A stretch of DNA of 64,000 nucleotides from Minisyncoccota bacterium (GTDB taxonomy: Bacteria > Patescibacteriota > Microgenomatia > UBA1400 > PJMF01). Made by a program: the position numbers and the translations under genes. Numbering within the stretch: position 1 is the first letter of the stretch; each line of letters opens with the position of its first letter. The stretch is taken from positions 6,381-70,380 of the forward strand of contig PJMF01000019.1 of assembly GCA_003173865.1 (NCBI GenBank), in the 5' to 3' direction. Shown one piece after another: positions 1-10,840 of the stretch. Under the pieces are notes generated by a model. The model had not been told where the DNA came from and did not search any database. It saw nothing but the letters and a program-made list of their open reading frames with translations.

Positions 1-1
1 G

Positions 2-349
2 CAAGCTTTTGCTCAATTTAGTTCTGATTTGGACGAACGCACAAAAGCTCAACTTGATCGCGGTGTTCGCGTAAACGCAGTCTTAAAACAAGGGTGGGAT
101 ACTCCCTTGAAAGTTGAAGAGCAAGTCGTCGTCATCTTTGCTGCCGTCAATGGATACTTAGACGTCATTCAGGAAAAATACTTAGTACAGTGGGAAAAAG
201 AATACTTAGAGTATATTCACGGTCAACATCAAGCCATTCTCGTGAGCATGCGCAAAGAACAAAAAATGAGTGATGAAACGATCGCTGCACTCAAGTCAGC
301 GATTGACGTTTTTAACCGTCTGCACGAAGAGTGGATGTTGGAGGCGTAA
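2..349 (+). CDS. atpA: F0F1 ATP synthase alpha subunit, C-terminal fragment (gene starts upstream of window)
   Basis: C-terminal alpha-subunit-like sequence (…VNGYLD…, helical C-terminal domain). The stop overlaps the atpG start (TAATG). Operon context with gamma/beta/epsilon. Confidence 0.85.
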   Translation, partial: QAFAQFSSDLDERTKAQLDRGVRVNAVLKQGWDTPLKVEEQVVVIFAAVNGYLDVIQEKYLVQWEKEYLEYIHGQHQAILVSMRKEQKMSDETIAALKSAIDVFNRLHEEWMLEA

Positions 350-1221
350 TGGCCAACACAAGGCAACTCAAAGGGCGCATCAATACCGCCGCAAACATCT
401 CGAAAATTACTAAAGCAATGGAAATGGTTTCGGCCAGTAAAATGCGTCGTGCTCAGCAACAAGCGATGGCAACCAGACCATACACACGAGCAATTCAAGA
501 ATCTTTGCAAAAAGTGGCTGAGTTTACTGACTCACTGGCTCACCCACTCCTTGCACATCATAAAGATGGAAAAGATATTCTCGTTTTATTTTCAACTGAT
601 CGAGGCCTCTGTGGTGGTTTAAACACAAATCTCTTTAAAAGTACCTGGATGTGGAGTAAAGAACATCCTGATATGGAAGTGATCGTCATCGGCAAAAAAG
701 CAATTGCATTTGCGCGTAAAATGGACTTTCCGATTGCAGCTCAGTTTACTGATCTGCCTGAAAAACTTACTGCGGCAGAGATTCTCCCGATCAGTACCGT
801 GATTACAGAAGGATTCTTAGATCATCGTTACCGCTCAGTTTCGCTCATTTACATGGATTTTATCAACACGCTGACCCAAAAAGTGCGAACTACTCGTCTT
901 TTACCGCTGTCTCTTACAGACGTAGTTGGCGAACAACTTGACGCCCACGCACAAGCTCACGCACTTTATACATTTGAACCAGATGCAAGCTCTATTCTGA
1001 ATGAGCTTCTCCCGTATTATTTAGAAAATACTTTGTATCAAACTCTTCTCGAGGCGAAAGCCAGCGAACACAGTGCGCGTATGGTGGCAATGAAAAATGC
1101 AAGTGATAATGCGAAATCTCTGGTAAGTGAGTTAAAATTAGCATTTAATAAGTCACGTCAAGCCGTGATTACCAACGAAATTCTAGATATTACGACCGCG
1201 ACTATGACAGTCAGTCAATAG
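349..1221 (+). CDS. atpG: F0F1 ATP synthase gamma subunit
   Basis: The N-terminus MANTRQLKGRI…ITKAMEMVSASKMRRAQ is typical of the gamma subunit. About 290 aa, sitting between alpha and beta. The start is chosen at the internal ATG overlapping the atpA stop. Confidence 0.9.
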   Translation: MANTRQLKGRINTAANISKITKAMEMVSASKMRRAQQQAMATRPYTRAIQESLQKVAEFTDSLAHPLLAHHKDGKDILVLFSTDRGLCGGLNTNLFKSTWMWSKEHPDMEVIVIGKKAIAFARKMDFPIAAQFTDLPEKLTAAEILPISTVITEGFLDHRYRSVSLIYMDFINTLTQKVRTTRLLPLSLTDVVGEQLDAHAQAHALYTFEPDASSILNELLPYYLENTLYQTLLEAKASEHSARMVAMKNASDNAKSLVSELKLAFNKSRQAVITNEILDITTATMTVSQ

Positions 1222-1228
1222 TATTTAG

Positions 1229-2644
<1,416 letters not shown>

Positions 2645-2650
2645 GAATTT

Positions 2651-3082
2651 ATGGCACACAAGACACTTCATCTCACGATTGTCACTCAGGATAAGCAACT
2701 GCTTTCGACTGAAGCGGACTCCGTTACCGCTGTAACTTCAGAGGGCGAAATCACGGTGTTACCAGAACATGTTCCGCTTTTTTCTCAGCTGGTGACAGGA
2801 GAACTTGTATATCGTCACGACGGCGAAGAAGATTCACTTGTTGTCTCAAAGGGTTTCATTGATGTGGGTCCTGACAGCACAGTCATAATCATTGTTGATA
2901 GTGCCGTACATGCTCGTGAAATCAGTATTGAAAAAGCAGAAGCAGCAGTAAAGGCTGCCCAGGAAACAATGGCAATGAGTACGACCACCCAACAAGAAAT
3001 GATCATGGCCGAAGCATCTCTGCGCCGTGCGTTGCTCGAAATTAGAGTTGCGCAAAAGACAAAACGAGCTACCCGCGTATAG
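2651..3082 (+). CDS. atpC: F0F1 ATP synthase epsilon subunit
   Basis: 143 aa with N-terminal beta-sandwich-like and C-terminal helical sequence. Immediately downstream of atpD. Confidence 0.85.
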   Translation: MAHKTLHLTIVTQDKQLLSTEADSVTAVTSEGEITVLPEHVPLFSQLVTGELVYRHDGEEDSLVVSKGFIDVGPDSTVIIIVDSAVHAREISIEKAEAAVKAAQETMAMSTTTQQEMIMAEASLRRALLEIRVAQKTKRATRV

Positions 3083-3170
3083 TTCTCTTACAAATTTCTT
3101 ACAATACTCTTACTGGGTATTTGGGAACTCTTGGTAGACTATATCCACGCGTAAATACTCGAAAAATCAT

Positions 3171-3196
3171 CCGCTTTAAGCGGTTCTTTTTTTTAT
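3171..3196 (+). terminator. Rho-independent terminator after the atp operon
   Basis: Hairpin CCGCT-TTA-AGCGG followed by TTCTTTTTTTT. Confidence 0.7.
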
Positions 3197-3321
3197 TTAA
3201 GGAGAGGAGTCTAAACCTATAGAGATAAAAAAAGTGATATTGATTAAAGCAATATCACACTATAGTATTACTGAGCTCACGATCACCCATTCAAGGGTGA
3301 TTTTTTAGAAAGAGATGTTTT

Positions 3322-3813
3322 ATGACAAATTCAATCATCGCACCACACAAAATTCAGTTAACTTCTGAAGGCCTTGCTGAGATCGAAAAAGAGTTAAAAG
3401 AGTTAGAGGAAATCAAATTACCTGAAGTCATCAAACGCGTTGAAACAGCACGTGGATACGGCGACTTAAGTGAAAACGCTGAGTACCACAGCGCCAAAGA
3501 AGACCAAGAATTGATCGAAACCCGCATTGCCGATCTCAAGGGAGTGATTGCAAATGCCACTATTGTGAAACATACACATAAAAACGGCACTGTTGGCATG
3601 GGCTCACAAGTTCAGGTCACTATTAAATCGGGTCGCTCAAAGAGAAAAGCTACGTTTCACATCGTGGGTGAGTTTGAAGCTGCACCAAAAGATGGGAAAG
3701 TTTCCAGCGTTTCACCATTAGGTAAAGCACTTTTAGGGAAGAAAAAAGGTGAAAAAGTCGAGGTTGAAACCCCCGCAGGAATGGTCACGTACGAAATTGT
3801 GGAAATCAAGTAA
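3322..3813 (+). CDS. greA: Transcription elongation factor GreA
   Basis: 163 aa with an N-terminal coiled coil (LTSEGLAEIEKELKELEE) and GYGDLSENAEYHSAKEDQ typical of the GreA/GreB family. GAAAGAGA RBS. Confidence 0.9.
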   Translation: MTNSIIAPHKIQLTSEGLAEIEKELKELEEIKLPEVIKRVETARGYGDLSENAEYHSAKEDQELIETRIADLKGVIANATIVKHTHKNGTVGMGSQVQVTIKSGRSKRKATFHIVGEFEAAPKDGKVSSVSPLGKALLGKKKGEKVEVETPAGMVTYEIVEIK

Positions 3814-3948
3814 AAAACTTGCGGATACCCATTCTTCTCGAGATAATTATTGACTTTTGGCAAAAATTTAGGGATAATATGAGTGTGCTAGTGAGGATAA
3901 CTTCCGTAACCAGCTAAGTATACTACGCCGGAAAAGCTAGCACACACA

Positions 3949-3980
3949 AAAAAGGCTCCTGAGGGAGCTCTTTTTGTATT
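3949..3980. terminator. Bidirectional hairpin terminator (A-tract/hairpin/T-tract)
   Basis: AAAAAG-GCTCC-TGAG-GGAGC-TCTTTTTGTATT. It serves greA (+) and the convergent minus-strand ORF 3979..4365. Confidence 0.7.
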
Positions 3981-4365
3981 AACGAATTGAATAGTAGTGA
4001 TAGGGTCCCTTTTCAAACTTCCTCAGTATCACAACAATATTTTTGTTTCCTAATTTGGTTTTGCATTCATGCCCAATTTCAATATAAATTACATCTCGTG
4101 GATTTTTCTTCAAGTGTATAGTTGCTTGCTCTTTTTCTCCAGCCGTTTTGCAATTTTTGAGAACCTCAACAGCATGCTTAAATAAATGTAATCTTCGACG
4201 TAAATCTTGTTCATTTCTTTTATGACCATGTCCATCAAAGCGCAAATGCTTCCATCCATAGTTATTAAAAATGATGTTCTCTTTTAGAGCTGAACAATAA
4301 ATTGAGCCGATTTTGTGATATTCACGACTGGTTTCAGCGATCATTTCTGTGGTCGATTTTGACAT
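3979..4365 (-). CDS. Hypothetical protein (128 aa, basic, His/Lys-rich), in an AT-rich islet
   Basis: ORF only. No motif I recognise. Local AT-richness differs from the flanking housekeeping genes. Confidence 0.45.
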   Translation of the reverse strand: MSKSTTEMIAETSREYHKIGSIYCSALKENIIFNNYGWKHLRFDGHGHKRNEQDLRRRLHLFKHAVEVLKNCKTAGEKEQATIHLKKNPRDVIYIEIGHECKTKLGNKNIVVILRKFEKGPYHYYSIR

Positions 4366-4495
4366 ATTTCTATTGTACTACTTTATTAGTATTTTTTTCG
4401 TGACTTTAAGATATAAAAATATATCAATTTGAGAGTAATATACTTTTGCAAAAATGGGAGTAAAATTGCCCGTTATATTAAAAATAAGGAGAGAT

Positions 4496-4858
4496 ATGGG
4501 AAAGCCAATAGAAGTACTTATCAAAGGAAGATTAACTGATAAAACAGTAGCTTACTTGAAAAATGAATTGAGAAGCGTTGATTTACATGCCTCTATTGAG
4601 ATTAGACCAGATGATACTAAAAAAAATGAAGTTACTATTACAGTCCGAGAGGATGATGCAAAAACCAGAGAATCTATTTCTTTCAACCTTTATTTAGCAA
4701 ACATTGCAATGTGTCTTTCCAATCCCCAATCTAAAGTAGATAGCTACAGAATTATTTATGAATCTAATGGCAAACGTTACGAGCTTCCGAATGGAGATAT
4801 AAAAAAAGCCACCCTCTTGGAGGATCAGCAACCCGAGCATTCTCATCAAAGCTCGTAA
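4496..4858 (+). CDS. Hypothetical protein (120 aa). An alternative upstream start at 4454 is possible.
   Basis: Strong RBS AAGGAGA 2-6 nt before the ATG at 4496. Divergent from 3979..4365. No recognisable domain. Confidence 0.45.
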   Translation: MGKPIEVLIKGRLTDKTVAYLKNELRSVDLHASIEIRPDDTKKNEVTITVREDDAKTRESISFNLYLANIAMCLSNPQSKVDSYRIIYESNGKRYELPNGDIKKATLLEDQQPEHSHQSS

Positions 4859-4879
4859 CAGCTATAATCGAACAATTCT

Positions 4880-7222
4880 ATGCAACAATCTCAGCACTGG
4901 ATCGACAAGCTTGTTAAGGGTATTTTTTCTTGGCAAGAAAAAACACACATTGACCATCTTCACGTTGATGACATGAAAACGCCTTCAGGCCGGGTGCATA
5001 CTGGCGCGCTCAGAGGCGTGATGTTACATGACATCGTGGCCAAAGCTCTTACAGCCGCATCTGATCAAACTATTACAAGTACATACGTCTTCAATGACAT
5101 GGACTCAATGGATGGTTTACCAAGTTACTTAGACGAGAAAGAATACAGCCAGCACATGGGTAAACCGCTGTATAAAATACCTGCTCCACCACTAGAGAAG
5201 TCTGGAATCGATTTTGTGGGAGCCACTGAAGTGGAAAAAGCAAAGTACCAAGCAGCGAAAAATTTTGCTGAGTTTTATGCTTTGGATTTCATAGATGCGT
5301 TTCACAAACTTGGCAGTACGCAACAAATTATTTGGAGTCACGAGTTGTATGAATCTGGTCAAATGAATGAACACATCCAAACAGCTCTAGATAACATCGA
5401 CACAATTCGCCGCGTTTACCAAGAAGTTGCAGACTATCAATTGCCTAAGCAGTGGTTTCCTTTTCAAGTCATTTGTCCGCAGTGCGGTAAGCTGGGGACC
5501 ACACTTACTACGGGGTGGGATGGAAGAATGGTCACGTTTGAGTGTCAAAAAAATAAAGTAACATGGGCTGAAGGATGTGGCTATTCAGGATCTGTTTCAC
5601 CATTTAATGGCACTGGCAAATTACTCTGGAAAGTTGATTGGCCAGCACACTGGAAGTGTCTTGGCGTCACTATCGAAGGCGCAGGCAAAGATCACACATC
5701 TGCTGGCGGCTCGCGTGACATGGCTAATCAACTTATCGACAAAGTTTTTCATGCACCGGTTCCTTTTGATATTCCATACGAATGGATCCTGATTCGCGGG
5801 GCAAAAATGAGTTCAAGCAAAGGAGTTGGAACTTCTGCGCGCGAGTTTGTGGAGTTGTTTCCCGCTGAAGTGGGTCGCTTTCTCTTTGTCAGCCGACTTT
5901 TTAGCCAAGTGATTGATTTTGACCCCCACACAATGGCTATTCCCAATTTATTTGATGATTATGATGCTGGCGCACGCACATATTGGGGCCAATTAGAAGA
6001 AGACTCACGTGCAGGCCGATCCTTTGAGCTTTCTCAAATTGAAAACATACCGTCAGCACACTTTTTGCCTCGTTTTCGTGATGTGGCAACGTGGATGCAG
6101 TATCCAGAAATTGATTTAGTTGCGAAGTTTGCGGAAATCAAGGGCAGTGCATTAACTGCGCAAGAAAAAGCAGTACTTGCGCAACGCAAACACTATGCTC
6201 AGATCTGGATTAATCGGTATGCGCCAGAAGAGTTTCAACTCGGTCCAACTTTGGAAATACCTGAACTTGCCTACACACTCACCAACGAGCAAAAAAAGTA
6301 CTTAGAAGAAATCGAAGTACTTATGAAACCAAAAGAATGGAATGCTGCAGATCTGCAGCAAGCACTCTTTGAACTCGCAAAACAATCGCTTGGTGCTCGT
6401 AAAGGATTTGAAGCAATTTACATCGCTTATCTTGGGAAAAAAGCTGGTCCGCGTGCCGCTTGGTTGCTGTTATCTATGACTGCAGAGTTTCGTCATAAAA
6501 GAATTGCCGAATTATCCTTATCTTCAACGTCAAAAACACCTACTCATTCTGTAGGATTTATTTCTCAAGAAGTTCACGAACAGTTCCCTGGAATGTTTTT
6601 TGCGCAAGTACTCATTAAAAATGTGACGATCCGAAAAACAGAACCTAAGTTAGAGGCACTCAAAAAAGAAGTCACTCAAGCGCTCAACCTTCCAACTGAA
6701 AATATCGGTCAACTCAAACCAATTGAAGCGTATCGAAAATTATTTAAAGCAACGGGCGTTGATTTTCACAAAAAACGACCTTCACCTGAAGCATTACTGC
6801 GCAGGATTTCGCAAGGCAAAACGCTGTACACCATTAATACTGCAGTCGATGCATATAACTTAGCTGTAATTGAAACCGCAATTGGATTAGGTGGTTTTGA
6901 TGCTGACATGCTCAAGTTTCCGGTTACCTTACGCTTTTCCAAAGAAGGCGAGTCATTACTTCTTTTAGGTGATGAAACACCGACATTCACCCGAGCTGGT
7001 GAACTTGTTTACAGTGATCAAGAAAAATTAATTACGATTGATTTAAATTACCGAGATATTTCAAACACAAAAATTACAGAAAAAACCAAGAATATTCTGC
7101 TTTTTGCAGACGGCGCACCTGGGTTGAGTAAAGATGAGGTAGTTGCTGCCTTGCAAAGGGGTGCTTCATATATTCAACAATTTTGCGGTGGTGAAGTAGG
7201 AAAAATAGAAGTAAAGGAGTAG
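4880..7222 (+). CDS. lysS: Lysine--tRNA ligase, class I (archaeal-type), with a ~220-aa C-terminal extension resembling a B3/4 (PheT-like) tRNA-binding/editing domain
   Basis: HIGH-like PSGRVHTGALRG, a Zn-binding CPQCG…C…C segment, WKVDWPAHW…GKDH and KMSSSKG (KMSKS) match the class I LysRS architecture. The C-terminal TLYTINTAVDAYNLAVIETAIGLGGFDADML resembles the B3/4 domain. Confidence 0.85.
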   Translation: MQQSQHWIDKLVKGIFSWQEKTHIDHLHVDDMKTPSGRVHTGALRGVMLHDIVAKALTAASDQTITSTYVFNDMDSMDGLPSYLDEKEYSQHMGKPLYKIPAPPLEKSGIDFVGATEVEKAKYQAAKNFAEFYALDFIDAFHKLGSTQQIIWSHELYESGQMNEHIQTALDNIDTIRRVYQEVADYQLPKQWFPFQVICPQCGKLGTTLTTGWDGRMVTFECQKNKVTWAEGCGYSGSVSPFNGTGKLLWKVDWPAHWKCLGVTIEGAGKDHTSAGGSRDMANQLIDKVFHAPVPFDIPYEWILIRGAKMSSSKGVGTSAREFVELFPAEVGRFLFVSRLFSQVIDFDPHTMAIPNLFDDYDAGARTYWGQLEEDSRAGRSFELSQIENIPSAHFLPRFRDVATWMQYPEIDLVAKFAEIKGSALTAQEKAVLAQRKHYAQIWINRYAPEEFQLGPTLEIPELAYTLTNEQKKYLEEIEVLMKPKEWNAADLQQALFELAKQSLGARKGFEAIYIAYLGKKAGPRAAWLLLSMTAEFRHKRIAELSLSSTSKTPTHSVGFISQEVHEQFPGMFFAQVLIKNVTIRKTEPKLEALKKEVTQALNLPTENIGQLKPIEAYRKLFKATGVDFHKKRPSPEALLRRISQGKTLYTINTAVDAYNLAVIETAIGLGGFDADMLKFPVTLRFSKEGESLLLLGDETPTFTRAGELVYSDQEKLITIDLNYRDISNTKITEKTKNILLFADGAPGLSKDEVVAALQRGASYIQQFCGGEVGKIEVKE

Positions 7223-7224
7223 TT

Positions 7225-7764
7225 ATGAATCAACTTCCGTCTCGCGGACAAAGCGAGGAATTATTACTAAAGTACATGAAAAATCCTGCGTTGTTGAATC
7301 ATTCACGCATGGTCGCTCTCGCCATGGAAGCATACGCACGTACGTTGCAAGAAGATCCTGAACTTTGGTATCAGGCCGGTTTGCTTCATGATCTCGATTG
7401 GGAAATGTTTCCCGATGAACATCCAAATAAAGCTGTCGCTGAATTTTTGAGTGAGTATCCCGAATCACTGAAGAATGCGATTCTCGCCCACGGTCCTGAC
7501 CGAACTGGTAAGCAACCAGAAACGTTGATTGAAAGATATCTTTTTGCGAATGATGAGTTATCTGGATTTCTGAATGCGGTGTCACTGTTGCGTCCGACAA
7601 AGTTCGAGGGTATGGAAGTGAAGTCTGTAAAAAAGAAGTTAAAAGATAAAAATTTCGCGGCAAACGTCAGTCGTGAAGATATTGAGCGTGGTTTTGAGTT
7701 AATTCACAAAACTCCCGACGAACACATCTCATTTTTAATTACTGTCTTTAGTAAACAATCATGA
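7225..7764 (+). CDS. HD-domain phosphohydrolase, YqeK-like (putative Ap4A hydrolase family)
   Basis: 179 aa. The AGLLHDLD HD motif and overall layout resemble the YqeK-type HD proteins. Confidence 0.7.
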   Translation: MNQLPSRGQSEELLLKYMKNPALLNHSRMVALAMEAYARTLQEDPELWYQAGLLHDLDWEMFPDEHPNKAVAEFLSEYPESLKNAILAHGPDRTGKQPETLIERYLFANDELSGFLNAVSLLRPTKFEGMEVKSVKKKLKDKNFAANVSREDIERGFELIHKTPDEHISFLITVFSKQS

Positions 7765-8210
7765 TCACCGCATCTCGTCTTAACGTTGGCGTTTTTGGCT
7801 TAGCAGTAAATAAACAAAAACAGTTTTTGTTGACACAGCGTAATGCACCTGATTCACCAGCGACACACTTGAAGTGGCAAATCCCTGGTGGCGGTTTAGA
7901 AAGTAACGAATCGCCAGAACAAACCTGTTTACGCGAACTCCGTGAAGAAATTGGAGTACAGGCCCAAATTGCTTTTCCTCACCCAATTGCAAGTAACTAT
8001 ATTTGGAGAAAAGATCAAACAAGTGGACAAGAAGACGTGAATTTAATTATTCTAACGTACATTGTAGACATTGGCGAACAAATTCCTTCTGATAAAAACG
8101 ATGCCGAAACACTGGCTTGGCAATGGTACTCACTTGACGAAGTTGAAAGATTAGACACTTTGCCTAACGTTAAAGCAACTATTCGCGCGGCTTTCACGAT
8201 CATTCAATAA
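7761..8210 (+). CDS. NUDIX hydrolase
   Basis: Nudix box GGGLESNESPEQTCLRELREEIGV (GX5EX7REUXEEXGU). 4-nt overlap with the upstream HD gene. Confidence 0.85.
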   Translation: MITASRLNVGVFGLAVNKQKQFLLTQRNAPDSPATHLKWQIPGGGLESNESPEQTCLRELREEIGVQAQIAFPHPIASNYIWRKDQTSGQEDVNLIILTYIVDIGEQIPSDKNDAETLAWQWYSLDEVERLDTLPNVKATIRAAFTIIQ

Positions 8211-8323
8211 TTTCATTTTTTTCACGATAAAACATCTCTAAACTTCCGTTTGACAAACATTTTACGAAGCAGTACATTGGGTGAATTCTCCTGCCCGTAC
8301 ATACTTTTTTGAAAAGGATTTCT

Positions 8324-9175
8324 ATGCTCAAACGAGTCATGACCTCTCTTTTATTTGCATTTACTTTTTTCTTAGTAAGCAGTAGTAAAACTTCTGCTCA
8401 AACAATTCCTTTTGATACAACTGGCGGCATTCAACTGCACTGGACATATCGATCTGGTAACTGCGATGTGCGTTACACCGAAGTGGAATCAGCGATGTAT
8501 CAATACCACACTACTACAAACTGTGATGCAGGCTCGGTAGTAGTCAATGGTTTACAGCCTGGTCAAAAGTATAAATTTCAAATTAATCAAAATAATGGTG
8601 CGTGGTCTAGAGCAGTAGTGGGCACAGCCAAAGTGCTGCCCACGAGTATGCAACCTTCAACAACTCCTTTTCTCAGCAATGACAACGGAGATGGCTCTGT
8701 CCATTTAATGTGGAGTAATCGCGGCGGCAGTTGCTTTATTAAGTACACCGAAGCAGATCAAAAAAATTACAAGTACAGCACCGTTGCAAATTGTGAGGAT
8801 GGACAGGTATTTATTAACGCATTAGTAACTGGACGCACGTACAAATTTTCTTTGAGTCAAGACAATGTCACTTGGTCTCGTCCAACATTTGCAGTTGCTA
8901 AACATAGTGAAGTCATGAATGCTGCAACTTCTCAGATAACTTCAGGAGCCGCCCGCACTGGTTCTGTCAAGTTAGTGTGGAACTATCGCGGTAGCACATG
9001 CTCAGTGCGCTACAACGAAGCTGGTCTCAAGGGCTATAAATACTCCACCTCAGCTGGTTGTGACGAAGGTCAAGTTGTCATCAATGGTTTGGTCTCAGGT
9101 CATCAATATCGCTTCCAAGTTATGCCTGAAGGTGCAAGCCAATGGTCAAAGGCAGTCGTGGCAACGGCACGTTGA
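8324..9175 (+). CDS. Secreted protein with three tandem ~95-aa FN3-like repeats, each containing a conserved Cys pair
   Basis: Signal peptide MLKRVMTSLLFAFTFFLVSSSKTSAQ. Three repeats of the form …W.YR.G.C.VRY.E……Y.Y.T…C..G.V.I.GL..G..Y.FQ….WS. AAGGA RBS before the ATG at 8324; the ORF also opens at 8309. Confidence 0.7.
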   Translation: MLKRVMTSLLFAFTFFLVSSSKTSAQTIPFDTTGGIQLHWTYRSGNCDVRYTEVESAMYQYHTTTNCDAGSVVVNGLQPGQKYKFQINQNNGAWSRAVVGTAKVLPTSMQPSTTPFLSNDNGDGSVHLMWSNRGGSCFIKYTEADQKNYKYSTVANCEDGQVFINALVTGRTYKFSLSQDNVTWSRPTFAVAKHSEVMNAATSQITSGAARTGSVKLVWNYRGSTCSVRYNEAGLKGYKYSTSAGCDEGQVVINGLVSGHQYRFQVMPEGASQWSKAVVATAR

Positions 9176-9192
9176 TGCTATACTAGCGTGAT

Positions 9193-10467
9193 ATGCTCGA
9201 CATCTCGTTCATTCGTAATAATCAAGCAGCACTTAAGCAAGCTATTGCTGACAAGCAGATGAATCCTCAAGTTGTTGAGGAGGTCATCGCAATGGACGAG
9301 AAGCGGCGAACGCTCATCGTTGAAGTTGAACGCATTCGTCAAGCAATCAATCAAAATACAGAAGCAATTAAAACTTCCGCAACCCAACGTCCAACTGATG
9401 AGCAGCTGCAAAGAGGAAAAGATCTTAAAGAAGAACTCAAAAACATTGAACCAGAACTCAAAAAAACAGAAGAGATGTTTCTGGATTTAATGCTGCAAGT
9501 TCCCAATCCGCCAGCGGCGGACGTACCGGTCGGAGTCGATGAATCTGGTAATCAAGTCATTAAGACGACTGGCACACTTCCCACATTTGCTTTCAAACCA
9601 CGTGCACACGAAGAATTAATGTTAATGAATAACATGCTGGACGTAAAACGTGCAGTCCGGATTGCGGGTTTTCGTTCGTACTTTCTCAAAAATGACGCTG
9701 TATTACTTGAACAAGCAGTGTTGCAGTATGCGATGCAGTCACTTGTTGAACAAGGTTTTACGCCCATGAGTGTACCTTGGCTCGTGAATAAACATGCGCT
9801 ATGGGGCACTGGTTATTACCCCTGGGGAATGGATGATCACTACACTACGCAAGACAATCAGGTCTTAATTGCAACGGCAGAAATTTCGCTCACTGCTTAT
9901 CATCAAGATGAAGTTCTGAATGAAAAAGATTTGCCAATGAAAATGGTCGGAATTTCACCCTGTTTCCGCCGTGAAGTCGGGACATACGGAAAAGACGTCC
10001 AGGGCATTATTCGCGTTCACCAATTTACCAAAGTAGAACAAGTAGTTTACACAATTGCTGACGAAGATTACACCCGCGAATGGCATCAAAAAATGGTTGG
10101 CTTTGCCGAAAAATTGCTCAACGATCTAGAGCTTCCACATCAGACACTTTTAATGTGTACCGGCGATATCGGCGCAGGTCAACGCAAAAAGTTTGACGTT
10201 GAAACCTGGTTCCCAAGTCAACAAAAATATCGTGAAACTCACTCAGCCAGTTACTTTAATGATTTTCAAGCTCGTCGTTTAAACATCAAGTACCGTGCTG
10301 CAGATGGCACTACTAAGTATGTGTATACCTTGAATAACACCATGGCAGCCTCGCCACGTTTGCTTGCCGCAATTATTGAAAACTATCAAAACGAAGACGG
10401 CTCAATTCGTGTTCCAAAAATACTCCAACCATTTATGAAAAAAGAAGTCATCAGGAGGGAAGTATGA
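9193..10467 (+). CDS. serS: Serine--tRNA ligase
   Basis: N-terminal coiled-coil tRNA-binding arm plus a class II core (…FRREVG…, …GQRKKFDVETWFP…). 424 aa. Confidence 0.95.
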   Translation: MLDISFIRNNQAALKQAIADKQMNPQVVEEVIAMDEKRRTLIVEVERIRQAINQNTEAIKTSATQRPTDEQLQRGKDLKEELKNIEPELKKTEEMFLDLMLQVPNPPAADVPVGVDESGNQVIKTTGTLPTFAFKPRAHEELMLMNNMLDVKRAVRIAGFRSYFLKNDAVLLEQAVLQYAMQSLVEQGFTPMSVPWLVNKHALWGTGYYPWGMDDHYTTQDNQVLIATAEISLTAYHQDEVLNEKDLPMKMVGISPCFRREVGTYGKDVQGIIRVHQFTKVEQVVYTIADEDYTREWHQKMVGFAEKLLNDLELPHQTLLMCTGDIGAGQRKKFDVETWFPSQQKYRETHSASYFNDFQARRLNIKYRAADGTTKYVYTLNNTMAASPRLLAAIIENYQNEDGSIRVPKILQPFMKKEVIRREV

Positions 10468-10787
10468 GTTACGAAAAAATGACTGGGTACTCATCAATTT
10501 TCCAAGCAAAGACAACTTCCAAGGAGCTTACTTTCATATTTGGACTCACTGGCAATTCTCTTACCCAACCAGCTGCAAGCGAACAAGCTATATACAACTT
10601 TATTCCCTTAATTCCAACGCTTATCAGTGAGCAGTTCGAAGGAGAAGAAATTGCAGGACCTATTTCTTGTTCTCGGTTTGAGATAGAAGGTGCTATCTTT
10701 GTTCAGTTAGATAATGAAACCATTTTTGATAACCGCAGTCTCTTAGTTCTGAAACTTATTCCGGAACTGGAACTAAAACTTGTTTAG
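10464..10787 (+). CDS. Hypothetical protein (107 aa), translationally coupled to serS (ATGA overlap)
   Basis: ORF only, no recognisable motif. Confidence 0.45.
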   Translation: MSYEKMTGYSSIFQAKTTSKELTFIFGLTGNSLTQPAASEQAIYNFIPLIPTLISEQFEGEEIAGPISCSRFEIEGAIFVQLDNETIFDNRSLLVLKLIPELELKLV

Positions 10788-10840
10788 TCACAAAACACGC
10801 ATTTTTGTGTTAAGATCTAATCCTCTTGGAAAGGCTTTGT

